Assembly (NCBI GenBank): GCA_964016885.1 | Contig: OZ024742.1 | Coordinates: forward strand, 366,544,001 to 366,608,000 | Source of the DNA: Eledone cirrhosa | Lineage: Eukaryota | Reading direction: 5' to 3' | Length of the DNA stretch: 64,000 nucleotides | Shown: in pieces, positions 31,120-45,100 of the stretch | Position numbering within the stretch: the first letter of the stretch is position 1 | How the letters are laid out: each line of letters begins with the position of its first letter | Translations under genes and position numbers: made by a program | Notes under the pieces: generated by a model | Told to the model about the DNA's origin: nothing | Databases searched by the model: none | Seen by the model: only the letters and a program-made list of their open reading frames with translations

Positions 31120-31330
31120 TGTGGGTAGAAGTAATAACAAAGCCACCGGCACAGTAGGTGATATAAATATATTCGTTTACCGCTTGAAATAGCAGGGAGA
31201 GAGTCTTAACATTTCCGGCACTAGGCCTTCATGAGACGACCGAGTTAGAAATAGAGGATACATAGAAAATAAACAGTGAGGAGAGGAAGGAACGGGGGAA
31301 AAACATACACCAGCATATTCAGTCGGCTAT
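31120..31330 (-). mobile_element. PLE-terminus-like insert with degenerate hammerhead (family of 20905-21070)
   Basis: Reverse strand CTCATGAAGGCCTAGTGCCGGAAATGTTAAGACTCTC; shared GCTTGA(A/T)ATAGCAGG segment. Confidence 0.6.
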
Positions 31331-31338
31331 ATATATTC

Positions 31339-31398
<60 letters not shown>

Positions 31399-31428
31399 GT
31401 ATATATATTATATATATATATATATATC

Positions 31429-31589
31429 GGAAAAAGTATGACCCCGACGGCAGAGCTCAAGCCGTCTCGACGGCTATTTCTAGCTCTGCCGTCGGGGTCA
31501 TACTTTTTCCTCTTTCCCACTCTACTACCCTAAGTATTGAGTACTCTGGTGCGTTATGGTCCATCTGGTTCCTTACCACAATTCCTTCG

Positions 31590-31591
<2 letters not shown>
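31429..31591 (+). mobile_element. Fold-back mini PLE terminus
   Basis: 29-bp perfect inverted arms 31429-31457/31482-31510; same family as 26847 and 30875, opposite orientation. Confidence 0.75.
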
Positions 31592-31646
<55 letters not shown>

Positions 31647-31647
<1 letters not shown>

Positions 31648-32658
31648 TGACATCATCAAGCACAGCAACATAAGAATCTTCGCAGATGATTCCAAGCTCC
31701 AAAGGGTCATCAATGAGGTGGGTGACTGGACTTGCCTTCAGTCAGACCTACTGGCTGTTATCCAATGGGCAGAAAAGAATAATATGCTGTTGAATGAGGA
31801 TAAGTTTGAATTAATCCACTTTGGAAACAAGGATGCCCTGAAACTACTATACTCTCTTCCTTCGGGCGAAACTCTAGTGGCATCCAATAACATCAGAGAC
31901 CTGGGAGTAATTGTGGACAACTATATAAGCTGGGCCACTCATATAAACAGCAAAGTTGATATGGCCCGCAGAATGTGTTCCTGGATACTTAGAACTTTCC
32001 AGTCGAGAGATATCCACACTGTTATCCTTCTCTTCTCCACTTTTGCCCGAACCCACCTTGAATACTGTTGTCCTCTGTGGTCACCCCACACGAAACAAAG
32101 TATCATGAAAGTTGAAGCACCCCAAAGGTCAATTACAAATAATATAGTTAGCATGACAAGCCTTGACTATTGGAGTCGATTAGAAAAGCTCAATCTTTAT
32201 TCTCTCCAACGTCGCCGTGAACACTACATTATCTTCATGATGTGGAAAATATTCCATCAGCTTAGCCCAAATGATGTTGGCATCACCTTTAATGTACACC
32301 CAAGGCTTGGGCCCCGTGTAATCCACCCACGATAAAAATCTCACTCGCATCTCATAACAACAATACGGCACAATTATTTCACCTCAATTGGCCCTGCACT
32401 CTTTAACATTACACCAAAACACATCAAAGCAGAGACAGACCCCATTAAGTTCAAGAAGTCTTTGGGTAAATTCCTTCAAGAAATCCCGGATAAGCCTCCT
32501 ATACTCGGATATGCCTCCGTAAACAATAACTCTCTGCTCGAGTGTGCCATGATGCCCAAACACTGATTTGTAAGACTTCGCCAGGTGGTGCCATTAAGTT
32601 AGACATGTCCTGGGCCAATACTGGCCGAAACATATCAATGTTATCAAAGTTACCAAAG

Positions 32659-32660
<2 letters not shown>
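31647..32660 (+). mobile_element. 5'-truncated CR1-group LINE
   Basis: IFADDSKL, LQSDL..W..N.M.LN, RDLGV.VD, LEYCCPLWSPH, LQRRRE. Confidence 0.9.
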
Positions 32661-32714
<54 letters not shown>

Positions 32715-32732
32715 ATAGAATATATACATGAA

Positions 32733-32763
<31 letters not shown>

Positions 32764-33023
32764 TCATATATATATAGATATATATATATATATCTTTTTC
32801 CTGAGTTCAGTTTTTTTCGTTGCTATGGCAATGCGGCTGGACTGCCGGTCGCTATATTTGATTTGCAAAGCTGTCTAAACGTATTGTTATAACTCTGGGG
32901 TATTATTCTCCATCGAGTGCTAAGCTGCATCATTCCGAATCTGCATTCATTAGCTTAGCCGCAGCCAAAAGCTTCGTTAATGCTGTACTAAAATTTGTAT
33001 ATATATATATATATATATATTAA

Positions 33024-33410
33024 GACAGGGGGGAAGAAAAAATGGCTTCACTTGTGCTTTCAACAAATTTATTTTCTTCACAAAATCCAAAAAGAATTTT
33101 TTTCCGGATTAGAAAAAAAAATTTTTTCTTAAAAAAAATTATTTTATAAATTAAGTGGCGAAACGAACGACCGTGTACGACCCTTGCGCCACAGCTCTCG
33201 ACGACCTGCTCTCGTCGTCCGCAAGCAGGTCGTCGAGAGCTGTGGCGCAAGAGTCGTACACGGTCGTTCGTTTCGCCACTTAATTTATGAAATAATTTTT
33301 TTTCAGAAAAAAATTTTTTTTCTAATCCGGAAAAAAATTCTTTTTGGATTTTGTGAAGAAAATAAATTTGTTGAAAGCACAAGTGAAGCCATTTTTTCTT
33401 CCCCACTGTC
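33024..33410. mobile_element. Palindromic MITE with TTAA target duplication (Kolobok-like)
   Basis: TTAA-GACAG...CTGTC-TTAA; ~187-bp near-perfect inverted arms around a ~13-nt loop. Confidence 0.8.
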
Positions 33411-33447
33411 TTAATATACCTAACTGTACCAAGGATTACACACATTT

Positions 33448-33494
<47 letters not shown>

Positions 33495-33495
<1 letters not shown>

Positions 33496-33975
33496 TAGCA
33501 GTGGTACCCAGCGTAGCAGGGGATAAGGAATTTTGGAACACGGGCCACCAACAGACCTAATCGTGGAAAAACTGCATGCCTGGACAATATGTAAAGAAAT
33601 AAACCGAATACTCTGAAGGCTGGATAATCTTTAAGATTTTCCTCGATGAAGCAGGAAAATGCAGGTTTTCACCTAATGCGGGCCCTACGGGATCAAGAAG
33701 GTAATTTTTTTTATGTGCATAATATTCCTTGAAATTTCGGGAAAAATCGGTTAGAGGTAACGCCTCAAAAGAGCGCTAAAAAGCTGAAAAATTGAAGTTT
33801 TTCACCTAATGCGTGCCCTAGGCGATAAAAAAAGGTTGGATTTTGTTTGCTCACGGTATGAAGAAGAGACTGACTAATGCATAGTTACAATTTCAAGGAA
33901 ATCGGCCTGATGTAACGCCTTAAAAGAACCCTAAAAAGCTGAAAAACGCAGTTTTTCACCTAATGCGGGTCTATG

Positions 33976-33976
<1 letters not shown>
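33495..33976 (-). mobile_element. Non-autonomous Helitron (3' end recognisable)
   Basis: Reverse strand ends CCCTGC-TAC-GCTGGG hairpin, TACCACTG, CTAG|T; internal TTTTCACCTAATGCG occurs 3 times; 5' TC end not resolved within (TA)n. Confidence 0.65.
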
Positions 33977-34021
<45 letters not shown>

Positions 34022-34155
34022 TTAGTTATAAAAATGACATATGCAGTTACTTAGGTTTGGTTCGGTTATACACATCTTTTATTACTGTTGTAACTAATTA
34101 TACTTAACTCATCCTATTGACTGAGTGCTCTTACCCTTCGTTATTTCTACCAATC

Positions 34156-34320
34156 GAGTCGGATGCCATGCTTTCCAGCATAGAGTTACGGCCTTTTACG
34201 GTCTGAGTTCAAATCCCGCCGAGGTTCACTCTGCCTTTCATCCTTACGGGATCGATAATATAGAGTACCAGTAATATACTGGGTATTTGCTGGCCTTGTG
34301 CCAAAAGTAGAAACAGTTAC
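34156..34320 (+). mobile_element. tRNA-derived SINE with 11-bp TSD
   Basis: GAGTTCAAATCCC B-box, GCCTTTCATCCTTACGGGATCGATAA core, flanking TTCTACCAATC duplication. Confidence 0.85.
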
Positions 34321-34848
34321 TTCTACCAATCTCATACTACGATATATATATATATGACTGTTGTTTCATGTAAACAGACATTCGTTTCATTCTGACGTCA
34401 CCAGCCCTGTCTCTACATGTGCGTTTTTCTTCATAATTACGGATGATGTTGAACTAGCCTGCTTTTAAATTCCCTTTTTGGCATATTATAATAAGTGGGC
34501 CTTGGTTATCGTGTCTTTGAGCTCTGTTGATGATCGATTCCAACCGTGACCATCCCCACTGAAAGTTTCGTGAAAAATAGTCTTTTAAGACTATACAGAG
34601 CATTTGTAGTTTTTCCAAATTGAAGGATGAATATTTTAAACTTTATTTTATTCTGAGTTAAGGGTCTGTTGATTTTTCCCTGGATTTCACCAAATGCTGT
34701 GGCTTAATCTATACCCTGATTCTTTTTGAATTGAGTTTGAATTATTTTCCCACATCTTACATTAACTATTTTTCCATTTTGACCTTATAGTCACTCATAT
34801 ATTATGGAATACTGTTGACTTCTTGCTACAATAATTTCTATACTTTTC

Positions 34849-34899
<51 letters not shown>

Positions 34900-35298
34900 A
34901 GATGTCAACATGTAAGAACCTGTTATTTTTATCTTAAGATATTTTTTTCCAATTCCATCCCGCCCGTCCCCTCAGTCTATCTAATACCTCATTCTATCTT
35001 CGTCACTCCGTGTTTGATGAAATAATGTAGTACTACTGACTTGATATAGTCGCCATTCTTTCTACATACACCCTCCTACATTGCTGGCCTTGTGCCAAAA
35101 GTAGAAACAATTATTATTATTATGAAAAGGCTCATAATTACAAAATTCCTGTCTCACTGGTACATACACATATATTTGTATATATATATGTATATGTATG
35201 TATGTATGTTTGTATGTGTGTGTGTATATATATATGTATGTATATATATATGTATGTATAAATATATATATGTATGTATATATATATATATATGTATG

Positions 35299-35329
<31 letters not shown>

Positions 35330-35334
35330 GTATG

Positions 35335-35365
<31 letters not shown>

Positions 35366-35390
35366 GTATGTATATATATATATATGTATG

Positions 35391-35439
<49 letters not shown>

Positions 35440-35490
35440 ATATATATATGTATGTATATATATATATATGTATGTATATATGTATGTATA

Positions 35491-35713
35491 TGCAACTCAG
35501 GAAACTACGGCTCAGTAGTTACCGATGATGTTGATCTTTTCTTCTTTTCGGGTTATAGCTACTGTCGCTCAGAGAGTGGGATTGGCTCAGTGCACAGTAT
35601 TTCCTCACTTTAAAAAATATCTTCACGCACAGGCATTGCACGATAGAATTAATAATTGTTAATAATGGTATATCGTGCAATGGCCATACTCGATAACGAG
35701 GGGGCAGCCATCA
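35491..35713 (+). mobile_element. Diverged short sibling of the RTE-derived non-autonomous element
   Basis: ATGATGTTGATCTTTTCTTC, GAGAGTGGGATTGGCT, CTTCACGCACAGGCA and 3' TGGCCATACTCGATAACGAG..GCAGCCATCA match the reverse complement of 39529-40137. Confidence 0.7.
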
Positions 35714-35740
35714 TATATATATATATATTATGTATAGTAT

Positions 35741-35912
35741 ATGTCAAACTGACCTTAGACTTCCGAGGTACTCGGAGTTTCCCGAAGCAAACTGACTTCG
35801 TTCACCAGCAATTGGAAATTGGAAAGAACTTTCCAATCGGTGACGACCGAAGACACACGATCCTGCTTCGGGTAACTCCGCGGAGTTAAGATGGTTTACG
35901 TCAGTTTGGCAT
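35741..35912. other. Nested imperfect inverted-repeat (multi-stem) element
   Basis: ATGTCAAACTGAC/GTCAGTTTGGCAT, GGAGTTTCCCGAAGCA/TGCTTCGGGTAACTCC, ATTGGAAAG/CTTTCCAAT. Confidence 0.7.
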
Positions 35913-35991
35913 CGCTTTTTGTACAATATATTATATTTACCTTAATGTTTAGGGCTCTTATATATTGGTTTATATTAAGTCTTTAAAGTGA

Positions 35992-36074
35992 GTCTTGTTA
36001 CTGTGGAGTCTCGCCATTTTGTGACAGGATCATCAGACAAGTCTTTGCCTGATGACCCTGTGACAAACTGGCGA
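35992..36074 (-). ncRNA. Degenerate hammerhead plus inverted duplicate
   Basis: Reverse strand CTTGT-CTGATGA-TCC..GGC-GAGAC..GTA|ACAAG (GAAA>GAGA); imperfect palindrome 36011-36074 gives a second CTGATGA on +. Confidence 0.5.
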
Positions 36075-36198
36075 TATATAAATTGTACATATAAACACGT
36101 GTGTATATGTTTATATAAACTATATTCTTGTTTAAACTTCTGTATCATGTCACACCGTCTTTCGCTGAATAACTGCGTGGTCGCGAGATTAAATAAAA

Positions 36199-36233
<35 letters not shown>

Positions 36234-36404
36234 ACACACACATACACAATACACACACACACACGCACACACACATACATGCACACACACACACACATAC
36301 ACACAATACACACACACACGCACACACACACACATACACACACACACACGCACACACACATTTCTAGATAAATGTTAATATATAGATTCCGAGTTAAATA
36401 AAAT

Positions 36405-36520
36405 GTAACCACAGTGAATAAGGTACTCAATACATTAGTAGAGTGAAAGCATCAACATTTTAATATACAACTGGCTTCTACATGACTAGAACTGTTTCAT
36501 TCGTATGAAATCATCAGGAT
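36405..36520 (-). mobile_element. PLE-terminus fragment with hammerhead core
   Basis: Reverse strand CTGATGA-TTTC(ATAC)GAAT-GAAACAGTT-CTAG; the 5' strand of stem I does not pair. Confidence 0.55.
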
Positions 36521-36543
36521 TTTCCTGTTACTATCATATTATA

Positions 36544-37229
<686 letters not shown>

Positions 37230-37230
37230 G

Positions 37231-37246
37231 TGGTGACCGACGTAAG
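37231..37246 (+). promoter_or_regulatory. Primer-binding site, tRNA-Trp-like
   Basis: TGGTGACCGACGT one base after the LTR, versus the tRNA-Trp complement TGGTGACCCCGACGT. Confidence 0.65.
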
Positions 37247-38821
37247 AATATCACGCAGCCCTTCTTATTCATTCAGTTTAACTTTTATTGCCACGTCGCA
37301 ACTTGCGAAAATCCAGAATATTCCTTTTAAGATTTTTGAAAAATTAGCAGTATTTCAAAAACTTTTTCGCCACGAAAAAATTTCAAGATGGCTACCGACA
37401 TGTCATGGCTACGCTTGACAATAACAATGACAGCAGCAGCGACAGCGTTGTTTAACCACTGACCAATACATGGAACAGTGAGTGGCAGCTTCATAGCCTT
37501 ACCGACGCCAACCACCACACATCGGAAATTTCAAAACGGCTTGTAACTTTACCGACGCAACCACCATACCTTCTGTCTCGTTACCACAGGGACGCGAGAA
37601 ATTGAGACAGTAGTTTTCTCACCATTATGGCGTCAGACGTGACTGCCATATTTGGTGACTCCTACTCTACAGAAGATTCTTTGACATTGCTTTAGCAATA
37701 AGCAACACTACCGTATGGCGGGACGGTAAGATGGCCACGAAATCTCACAAAAACACCATACATCTAACCCCTAACGGCATTAACAAACTTCTTTTTCAGT
37801 TTTCAGATAGAACTAGTGTCTGTACACTGGTGATGTGTGAACTATTTGACTTTGAAAAACTTTGAACTTATTGAGCAATTTCTCTGCTCCCTTAGATTGA
37901 CTTTGAATTATCAGTTTCTAACATTCACATATTTCTTTGTAGAATGCATTTACTTGTTTTGTGCTCTTTTGCTATTTGTTTGCTCATGGTTTTTGTTCAT
38001 TCAGATTCTTTACTGTTTTACATGCCTGCATATGCACACATTTTTTTTTTTATCACACACCAACATGTTGTTCTTGGTATATGTTCTTCAAACGTAATAT
38101 TCTGCGAGTCCCTTTTCACCTGGTTGAGATGCTGTCACATGCTAGCAGCTCACAGAGCTTAATCCACTGGATTCAAACAGTCACCGCAACACGAGAATAC
38201 TAATTGCAGCTGAACTCAAACGGCTTCGCATCTTGTTGCGCACTGATCGTCCATGACGGCCATCCGTCTTGTTGTTTTTGCCCGACTCGCTGGGAAAGCT
38301 ATAAATTGAACTGGACTTGTTAGCATTTCGGCCACTTCTGTGGATTCGCCCGAATTATGGAATTTACACTGCAACCCACCTACAGATTAAACTTGCCTTT
38401 TGTTCTCTACAAAGCAACCAGCCATTTTTTCCTGGCTCCACAGCACATTCGACAATACATCTGGGGGCCATCATTTTCTCGCCAGCACTGGTAAACTACC
38501 ATAATAGCTTCGTTCACAGCTACTGGTACAACGCTTACCATTAACATTTAATGCAAGAACAGCAACTTCGCCCATGTCAGACTTTATCCGGTTTTTGTTA
38601 GACCTTTGGCAGTCACGTATAAACAACAAAACAACTGGTCATTTGACACAGCGGCTCAACACGGCCTGTAGCGCCCCATTTTTTGTTCTTGCATGCAACC
38701 TTCTGCTCAATTGTTTTTTCACTGATGTGCTCTTTCAGCATTTGTTCTTGCTGATTTAATAATATGTGGGTCCTTGGTTTCTTCGTTATCGATTTTCGGC
38801 TGAAAATCTGGTTGGAGGTGA

Positions 38822-39374
38822 TGTAGTGACCTACATTCCGCGGGCTCACATACATTCTCTGTGCGTGATTTGGCTCAGTTCAGCCAATCAGCGCCAGTAG
38901 AAGAGGATGTATCCCTACGCGCCTTGAGGAAGAAATTCCCCGCAAAGATTTGAAGAATCTCTCTCTTGTACCAGAAACTTCGAGCCAGCAACACGCATAA
39001 TGTAGCGGTGAGATATTGCACCCCTAGCCTCGCCGGCTTAACGGCGCAATGGCACATTCCCTTTTGTAACCTCTTTTTATCTGTAACTTCAACCATATAA
39101 ATAAACAAACATTGCATCTCTAATTACTGCGGTTGAAGTCGTTATTATGTTACTCGTGTCTCAGTGACAACTTTAATCCATGCTGCTGGAATTGGCGACC
39201 TGACGAAAGGAATATTGTAAATAGATGGTAAATAGATCGAGGGATCTTCCCTCACGTCTATGTCAACAAGATAATCCAACGAGGATACTATCACTTACCA
39301 CACTGGCAACTAACGACCACTGATTCTACCACCCTGCTAAAGTGGCGATAACATCTATAACTAATACTGCTAAA
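38822..39374 (+). repeat. 3' LTR
   Basis: About 8 differences from the 5' LTR by eye; preceded by short purine-rich TGGAGGTGA. Confidence 0.9.
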
Positions 39375-39382
39375 TATAAATG

Positions 39383-39476
<94 letters not shown>

Positions 39477-39528
39477 CATACATATATGTATATATATATA
39501 TATACATACATATGTATATATATATATA

Positions 39529-40137
39529 TGGTGGCTGCCAACTCGTTTTCGAGTACGGCCACTACTTTATATCCATGTAGGAGAACCCCTACCGATGCGC
39601 TGAACGAGTGTGACTTTTTAGTCCAGCCAGCAACTTGAAAGCTCTGGTACAAACACTACACTTGTGACAATTATTGACACATAGTGCTGGGCCCATGATA
39701 CCATGTGACGACAAGTGCAGAGAGATCTCCAGATATAAAGCATTGCCTGTGCCGTGAAGCTTTTATAGTGAGCAAAGGCACTGCACGAAGCCAGTCCCAC
39801 TCTCTTAACCAAGATGATATTTACCAAAAAGAAGAACAAGTCAACATCATTGGATACCATCAGGGTTGCAGGTGTTATATCAGAGATTTCCTTCTCCTAG
39901 AATTCTGCCTTGACAAAGGCTAAGGGGTCATCTCTCCCGGTGATTTTGGATGGCCATTGACTCTTAAGAGCTTCTTTGCCCTTTGACAGGTCTTGTTTTT
40001 AGTCCTGCAGGATGTCCAAAGTCACCCTCCTCACCAAGAAACCTTGGTGGGGTTGCCAGTTTAGTCGCCAACGACCCTACCATGGGACAGGTTGTACTGG
40101 GATACATGTTACCAGTAGCACCAACTGGTGACCTGAC
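39529..40137 (-). mobile_element. ~610-bp non-autonomous RTE derivative (longest copy)
   Basis: BovB/RTE-like 5'UTR motif CTAGGAGAAGGAAA.CTCTG joined to a C-terminal C2H2 remnant [23 protein letters not shown] and a CTCG-AAAA-CGAG 3' hairpin. Confidence 0.7.
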
Positions 40138-40140
40138 ATA

Positions 40141-40248
<108 letters not shown>

Positions 40249-40283
40249 ATATATATGTATGTATATGTATGTATATATATATG

Positions 40284-40324
<41 letters not shown>

Positions 40325-40382
40325 ATATATATATATATATATATACATACATACATATATGTATATATATATATATAAATAC

Positions 40383-40498
<116 letters not shown>

Positions 40499-40685
40499 AT
40501 ATACACCATATGTCTATATGCATGTTTGCATCAAGTACATTTTTTTTATTTCTTCCCACCTCTTTACTGTAGTTGTGGCTGACAGTTTAATTAACTGATA
40601 ATTATAATAGCTGTATTAATTAGTATGTTCAATTATATAAACCACAAACCTTATTTCTCTGTCCATTTCTCTATCTCCTTCCAAA

Positions 40686-40781
<96 letters not shown>

Positions 40782-40899
40782 CATCTCTCTCTCTCCACAC
40801 AAACACACTCACATATATATATTACATAACTCCCACATTTTTCTTTTGAAATTAAGTAGTTTATTAATTTTTCCTATTATTAATGGTGTATTTGAATGG

Positions 40900-40948
<49 letters not shown>

Positions 40949-41049
40949 TACTACTACTACTACTGCATTCACAATTAGTGCTAAAACTACTACAATAGCT
41001 ACTATTATAATGCCTAGTTTTACACCACCACCACCACTACCACCATCTC

Positions 41050-41810
41050 TATAATAATAATAATGAAAATATTGTGTACAGTGCTCAGGTGCACTACAAC
41101 TCATCAAAAGTGTATGTATAGTACATAGGGTAATGTACAAACGTCAGGAAAATGAACAGTGCCTGAGTCATGATATACACGTGTGTGCATGTGTATGGAA
41201 GGGGGACATCAGGTGTAGTTTTGTCGAATTTTGGGATGCATGAGGGTTTTAAAGGATGCAGTGTCTCGGCAGCTAACAACTGACGCAGGCAGTTTGTTCC
41301 ATGCTTCAGCAACTCTAAGCGTGAACAAATGTTTCCGAAAGTCATGGGAGCTGTGCTGTTTTCTGATTTTGTAGGCATGTCCACGTGTGTTAGACACATG
41401 GAGATCAAAAAGTTGCTCAGGGTTGTTGTTGGCGAGATGGTTAATAACTTTGTGGATGTTTACCAAGTCCATTGCCAGACGTCGGAGCTTCAATGAATCC
41501 ATGCCCAGGGAAGCAAGGAGTTCACAGTATGGTAGATGTCATCAGTGATCCGGGTAATGTCTTCAAGGAACTCGATAAGCTGATTGCAGCAGCTGGAGTT
41601 AGGGATACATCCAAACTGCGAGGGCCGCATGAGGCAGTGAGAGCTCCAGAAGTTCCAAAGTATTTCTCTGACACAGGATTCCACCAGGTTGGCAATACTG
41701 CTAGTAAGACTGACTGGACGATAGTTGACAGGTGACATGCGGTCGCCCTTTTTGAACAGGGGAATGACACTGACAGTTTTCCACTGCTCCGGAGTAGCAC
41801 CATTGTTGAG
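41050..41810 (-). mobile_element. Internally deleted CR1-group LINE
   Basis: NYRPVSLTS..Q.G..C..QLIEF joined to LRRLAMDLV..TRGHAYKI..FTLRVAEAWNKLPASVV; (TTA)n tail. Confidence 0.85.
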
Positions 41811-42554
41811 ACAGTATTATTACAACGCCTACCACCACAGCAACTACCACTATTGCTAGGTCTACTACCATTAATACGCCCACCATACAAATACATAATG
41901 CCTATATATGACTTGATAGACACATATACACAGAGTAGTGGTAGGTAGGAACCGCTGGAACGTTATCTGATGTGTTATTACTGACACCGAAACATACAGA
42001 TCCTTGTCCGTCTTACAGTGGTTCTCACACGCTCCTGAAAGAAGGAAATAGTGCTTAGCATGTTACCCGGTACACCGACCTTGTTAAGTACAAATATCTT
42101 CTCGGTGTAAGGAGGTCGATAAATTTATTAGCAGTCCAATATTAGCGTCAATATTTCCTCTATCGACCCTTTCTCTCTTCAAGAAGAAGTCCACTGTGGT
42201 CTGACCTGAAGCAGGGATAGACCACACCAGCTTTAAAATAACCAAGATACGCCACGCCAGAGCGGCGTCCCTATCACTTCATCAGGTGTTAAAGACCCCT
42301 TTATTTTCCTTTAAGCTCGCACGAAAAGTCACGTAAAACGAAAAGGTCTTTTATATTACATGTAAATTGTCAAAAATATTAAAGAAACAAAAATCAAAAA
42401 CAATCCATAATACAATAATAGTTCAATACATTCATTATTTAGACTCTCTGACCTCAGAATTGGTAAATACAAAGAGAACGGTTTCTTTTTTCGTTTTACT
42501 TGTAATTTAATGAAAATACTTCGAAATTAATACAATTTAAAATGCATTTATTAC

Positions 42555-42820
42555 TCAATAGATTCGTTCTTTAATAGCTAATGATAATATATTACATGGT
42601 ATATCTACCGCTGAGAAGATCGATTTAAGAGAGTGGTATAGAGTGTTGGGTTCCAGTCCCAGGTCTCTACATTCTGACAGGAAGTTCCACAGAGTCTCAA
42701 TTTGTCTTACATCCTTTCGGAGTTGATAAAGAACCCAATATTTGTACAGCTCCCTCCTCTCTTCCAGTCGTGTCATATACTAACTGTTCCGCTGGATAAA
42801 ATGACGGTGTCTGCTCACCA
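42555..42820 (-). other. Unique-sequence exon or pseudo-exon candidate
   Basis: TTTATTGCAG acceptor; protein-like frame MTRLEERRELYKYWVLYQLRKD.. preceded by an in-frame TAG; no family recognised. Confidence 0.2.
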
Positions 42821-43309
42821 CTGCAATAAACACTTTAATACCTCAGCAAAGGTGAGCTAAATAGTACCAAGTCATACTCGATTATTATCAATGGTTCTCG
42901 TCTATATTTCTTCTGTTTATAACAATACTGACTTCCCGTAATAGAGATACTGCAGATGATATGAATCAATGACTATGAAGGCATAGAATGAAGTGATAGT
43001 ACAGTAGTGATAGTACACTATAGAAGTAATAGTACATTAGTGATAGTACACTATAGAAGTGATAGTACAGTAGGTAGTGATAGTACACTATAGAGGTGTT
43101 AGTACAGTAGTGATAGTACAGTATAGAAGTTATAGTACAGTACAGTAGTGATAGTAGACTATAGTACATCAGTTTCACTTCAATGCCATTTCTATTTAAT
43201 CAATGACATTAGATATGAAGATGACATTGAAGTGGATTATTGAGAGAAATGAAATATTTTCTATAAATTGGAGGACAATAAAGACTGTTGTAATGTCTAC
43301 ATTGAGTAG

Positions 43310-45100
43310 AATATAGTGGTGGTGTATATAGTGGTGGTGTATATAGTGGTGGTGTATATAGTGGTGGTGTATATAGTGGTGGTGAATATAGTGGTGGTGT
43401 ATATAGTGGTACTGGTATATATAGTGGTGGTGTATATAGTGGTACTGGTGTATATAGTGGTGGTGTATATAGTGGTGGTGTATATAGTGGTGGTGTATAT
43501 AGTGGTGGTGTATATAGTGGTGGTGTATATAGTGGTACTGGTGTATATAGTGGTGGTGTATATAGTGGTACTGGTGTATATAGTGGTGGTGTATATAGTG
43601 GTACTGGTGTATATAGTGGTGGTGTATATAGTGGTGGTGTATATAGTGGTGGTGTATATAGTGGTGGTGTATATAGTGGTGGGGAATATAGTGGTGGTGT
43701 ATATAGTGGTACTGGTGTATATAGTGGTGGTGTATATAGTGGTGGTGTATATAGTGGTGGTGTATATAGTGGTGGTGTATATAGTGGTACTGGTGTATAT
43801 AGTGGTGGTGTATATAATAGTGGTGGTGTATATAGTGGTGGTGTATATAGTGGTACTGGTGTATATAGTGGTGGTGTATATAGTGGTACTGGTGTATATA
43901 GTGGTGGTGTATATAGTGGTGGTGTATATAGTGGTGGTGTATATAGTGGTGGTGAATATAGTGGTGGTGTATATAGTGGTGGTGTATATAGTGGTACTGG
44001 TGTATATAGTGGTGGTGTATATAATAGTGGTGGTGTATATAGTGGTGGTGTATATAGTGGTACTGGTGTATATAGTGGTGGTGTATATAGTGGTACTGGT
44101 GTATATAGTGGTACTGGTGTATATAGTGGTACTGGTGTATATAATAGAACTAGTGCATATAGTGGTGGTGTATATAGTGGTGGTGTATATAGTAGTACTG
44201 GTGTATATAATAGAACTAGTGTATATAGTGGTGGTGTATATAGTGGTGGTGTATATAGTGGTGGTGTATATAGTAGTACTGGAGTATATAATAAAACTAG
44301 TGTATATAGTGGTGGTGTATATAGTAGTACTGGTGTATATAGTGGTGGTGTATATAGTGGTACTGGTTTATATAGTAGTACTGGTGTATATAGTAGTACT
44401 GGTGTATATAGTAGAACTGCTGTATATAGTAGTACTGGTGTATATAGTAGAACTAGTGTATATAGTGGTGGTGTATATAGTGGTGGTGTATATAGTGGTG
44501 GTGTATATAGTGGTGGTGTATATAGTGGTACTGGTGTATATAGTAGTACTGGTGTATATAGTAGAATTGGTGTATATAGTGGTGGTGTATATAGTAGTAC
44601 TGGTGTATATAGTAGAACTAGTGTATATAGTAGTACTGGTGTATATAGTAGAACTGCTGTATATAGTAGTACTGGTGTATATAGTAGAACTAGTGTATAT
44701 AGTGGTGGTGTATATAGTGGTGGTGTATATAGTGGTGGTGTATATAGTGGTGGTGTATATAGTGGTACTGGTGTATATAGTAGTACTGGTGTATATAGTA
44801 GAACTGGTGTATATAGTGGTGGTGTATATAGTAGCACTGGTGTATATAGTGGTACTGGTGTATATAGTAGCACTGGTGTATATTGTAGTACTGGTGTATA
44901 TAGTAGAACTGGTGTATATAGTGGTGGTGTATATAGTAGCACTGGTGTATATAGTGGTACTGGTGTATATAGTAGCACTGGTGTATATTGTAGTACTGGT
45001 GTATATAGTAGTACTGGTGTATATGGTAGTACTGGTGTATATAGTAGTACTGGTGTATATGGTAGTACTGGTGTATATAGTAGCACTGGTGTATATTGTG
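43310..45100. repeat. 15/21-bp minisatellite
   Basis: GTGTATATAGTGGTG with longer GTACTG/AGAACT-containing variants. Confidence 0.95.

Noticed and set aside
37764-37775. Telomeric or Helentron CTAACCCCTAAC motif
   Set aside because: Only about two imperfect units with no supporting terminal structure
41965-42002. CTGATG-TGTTA..TGACACC-GAAAC hammerhead-like motif
   Set aside because: A9 missing and no UH cleavage triplet; overlaps an exon candidate on the other strand
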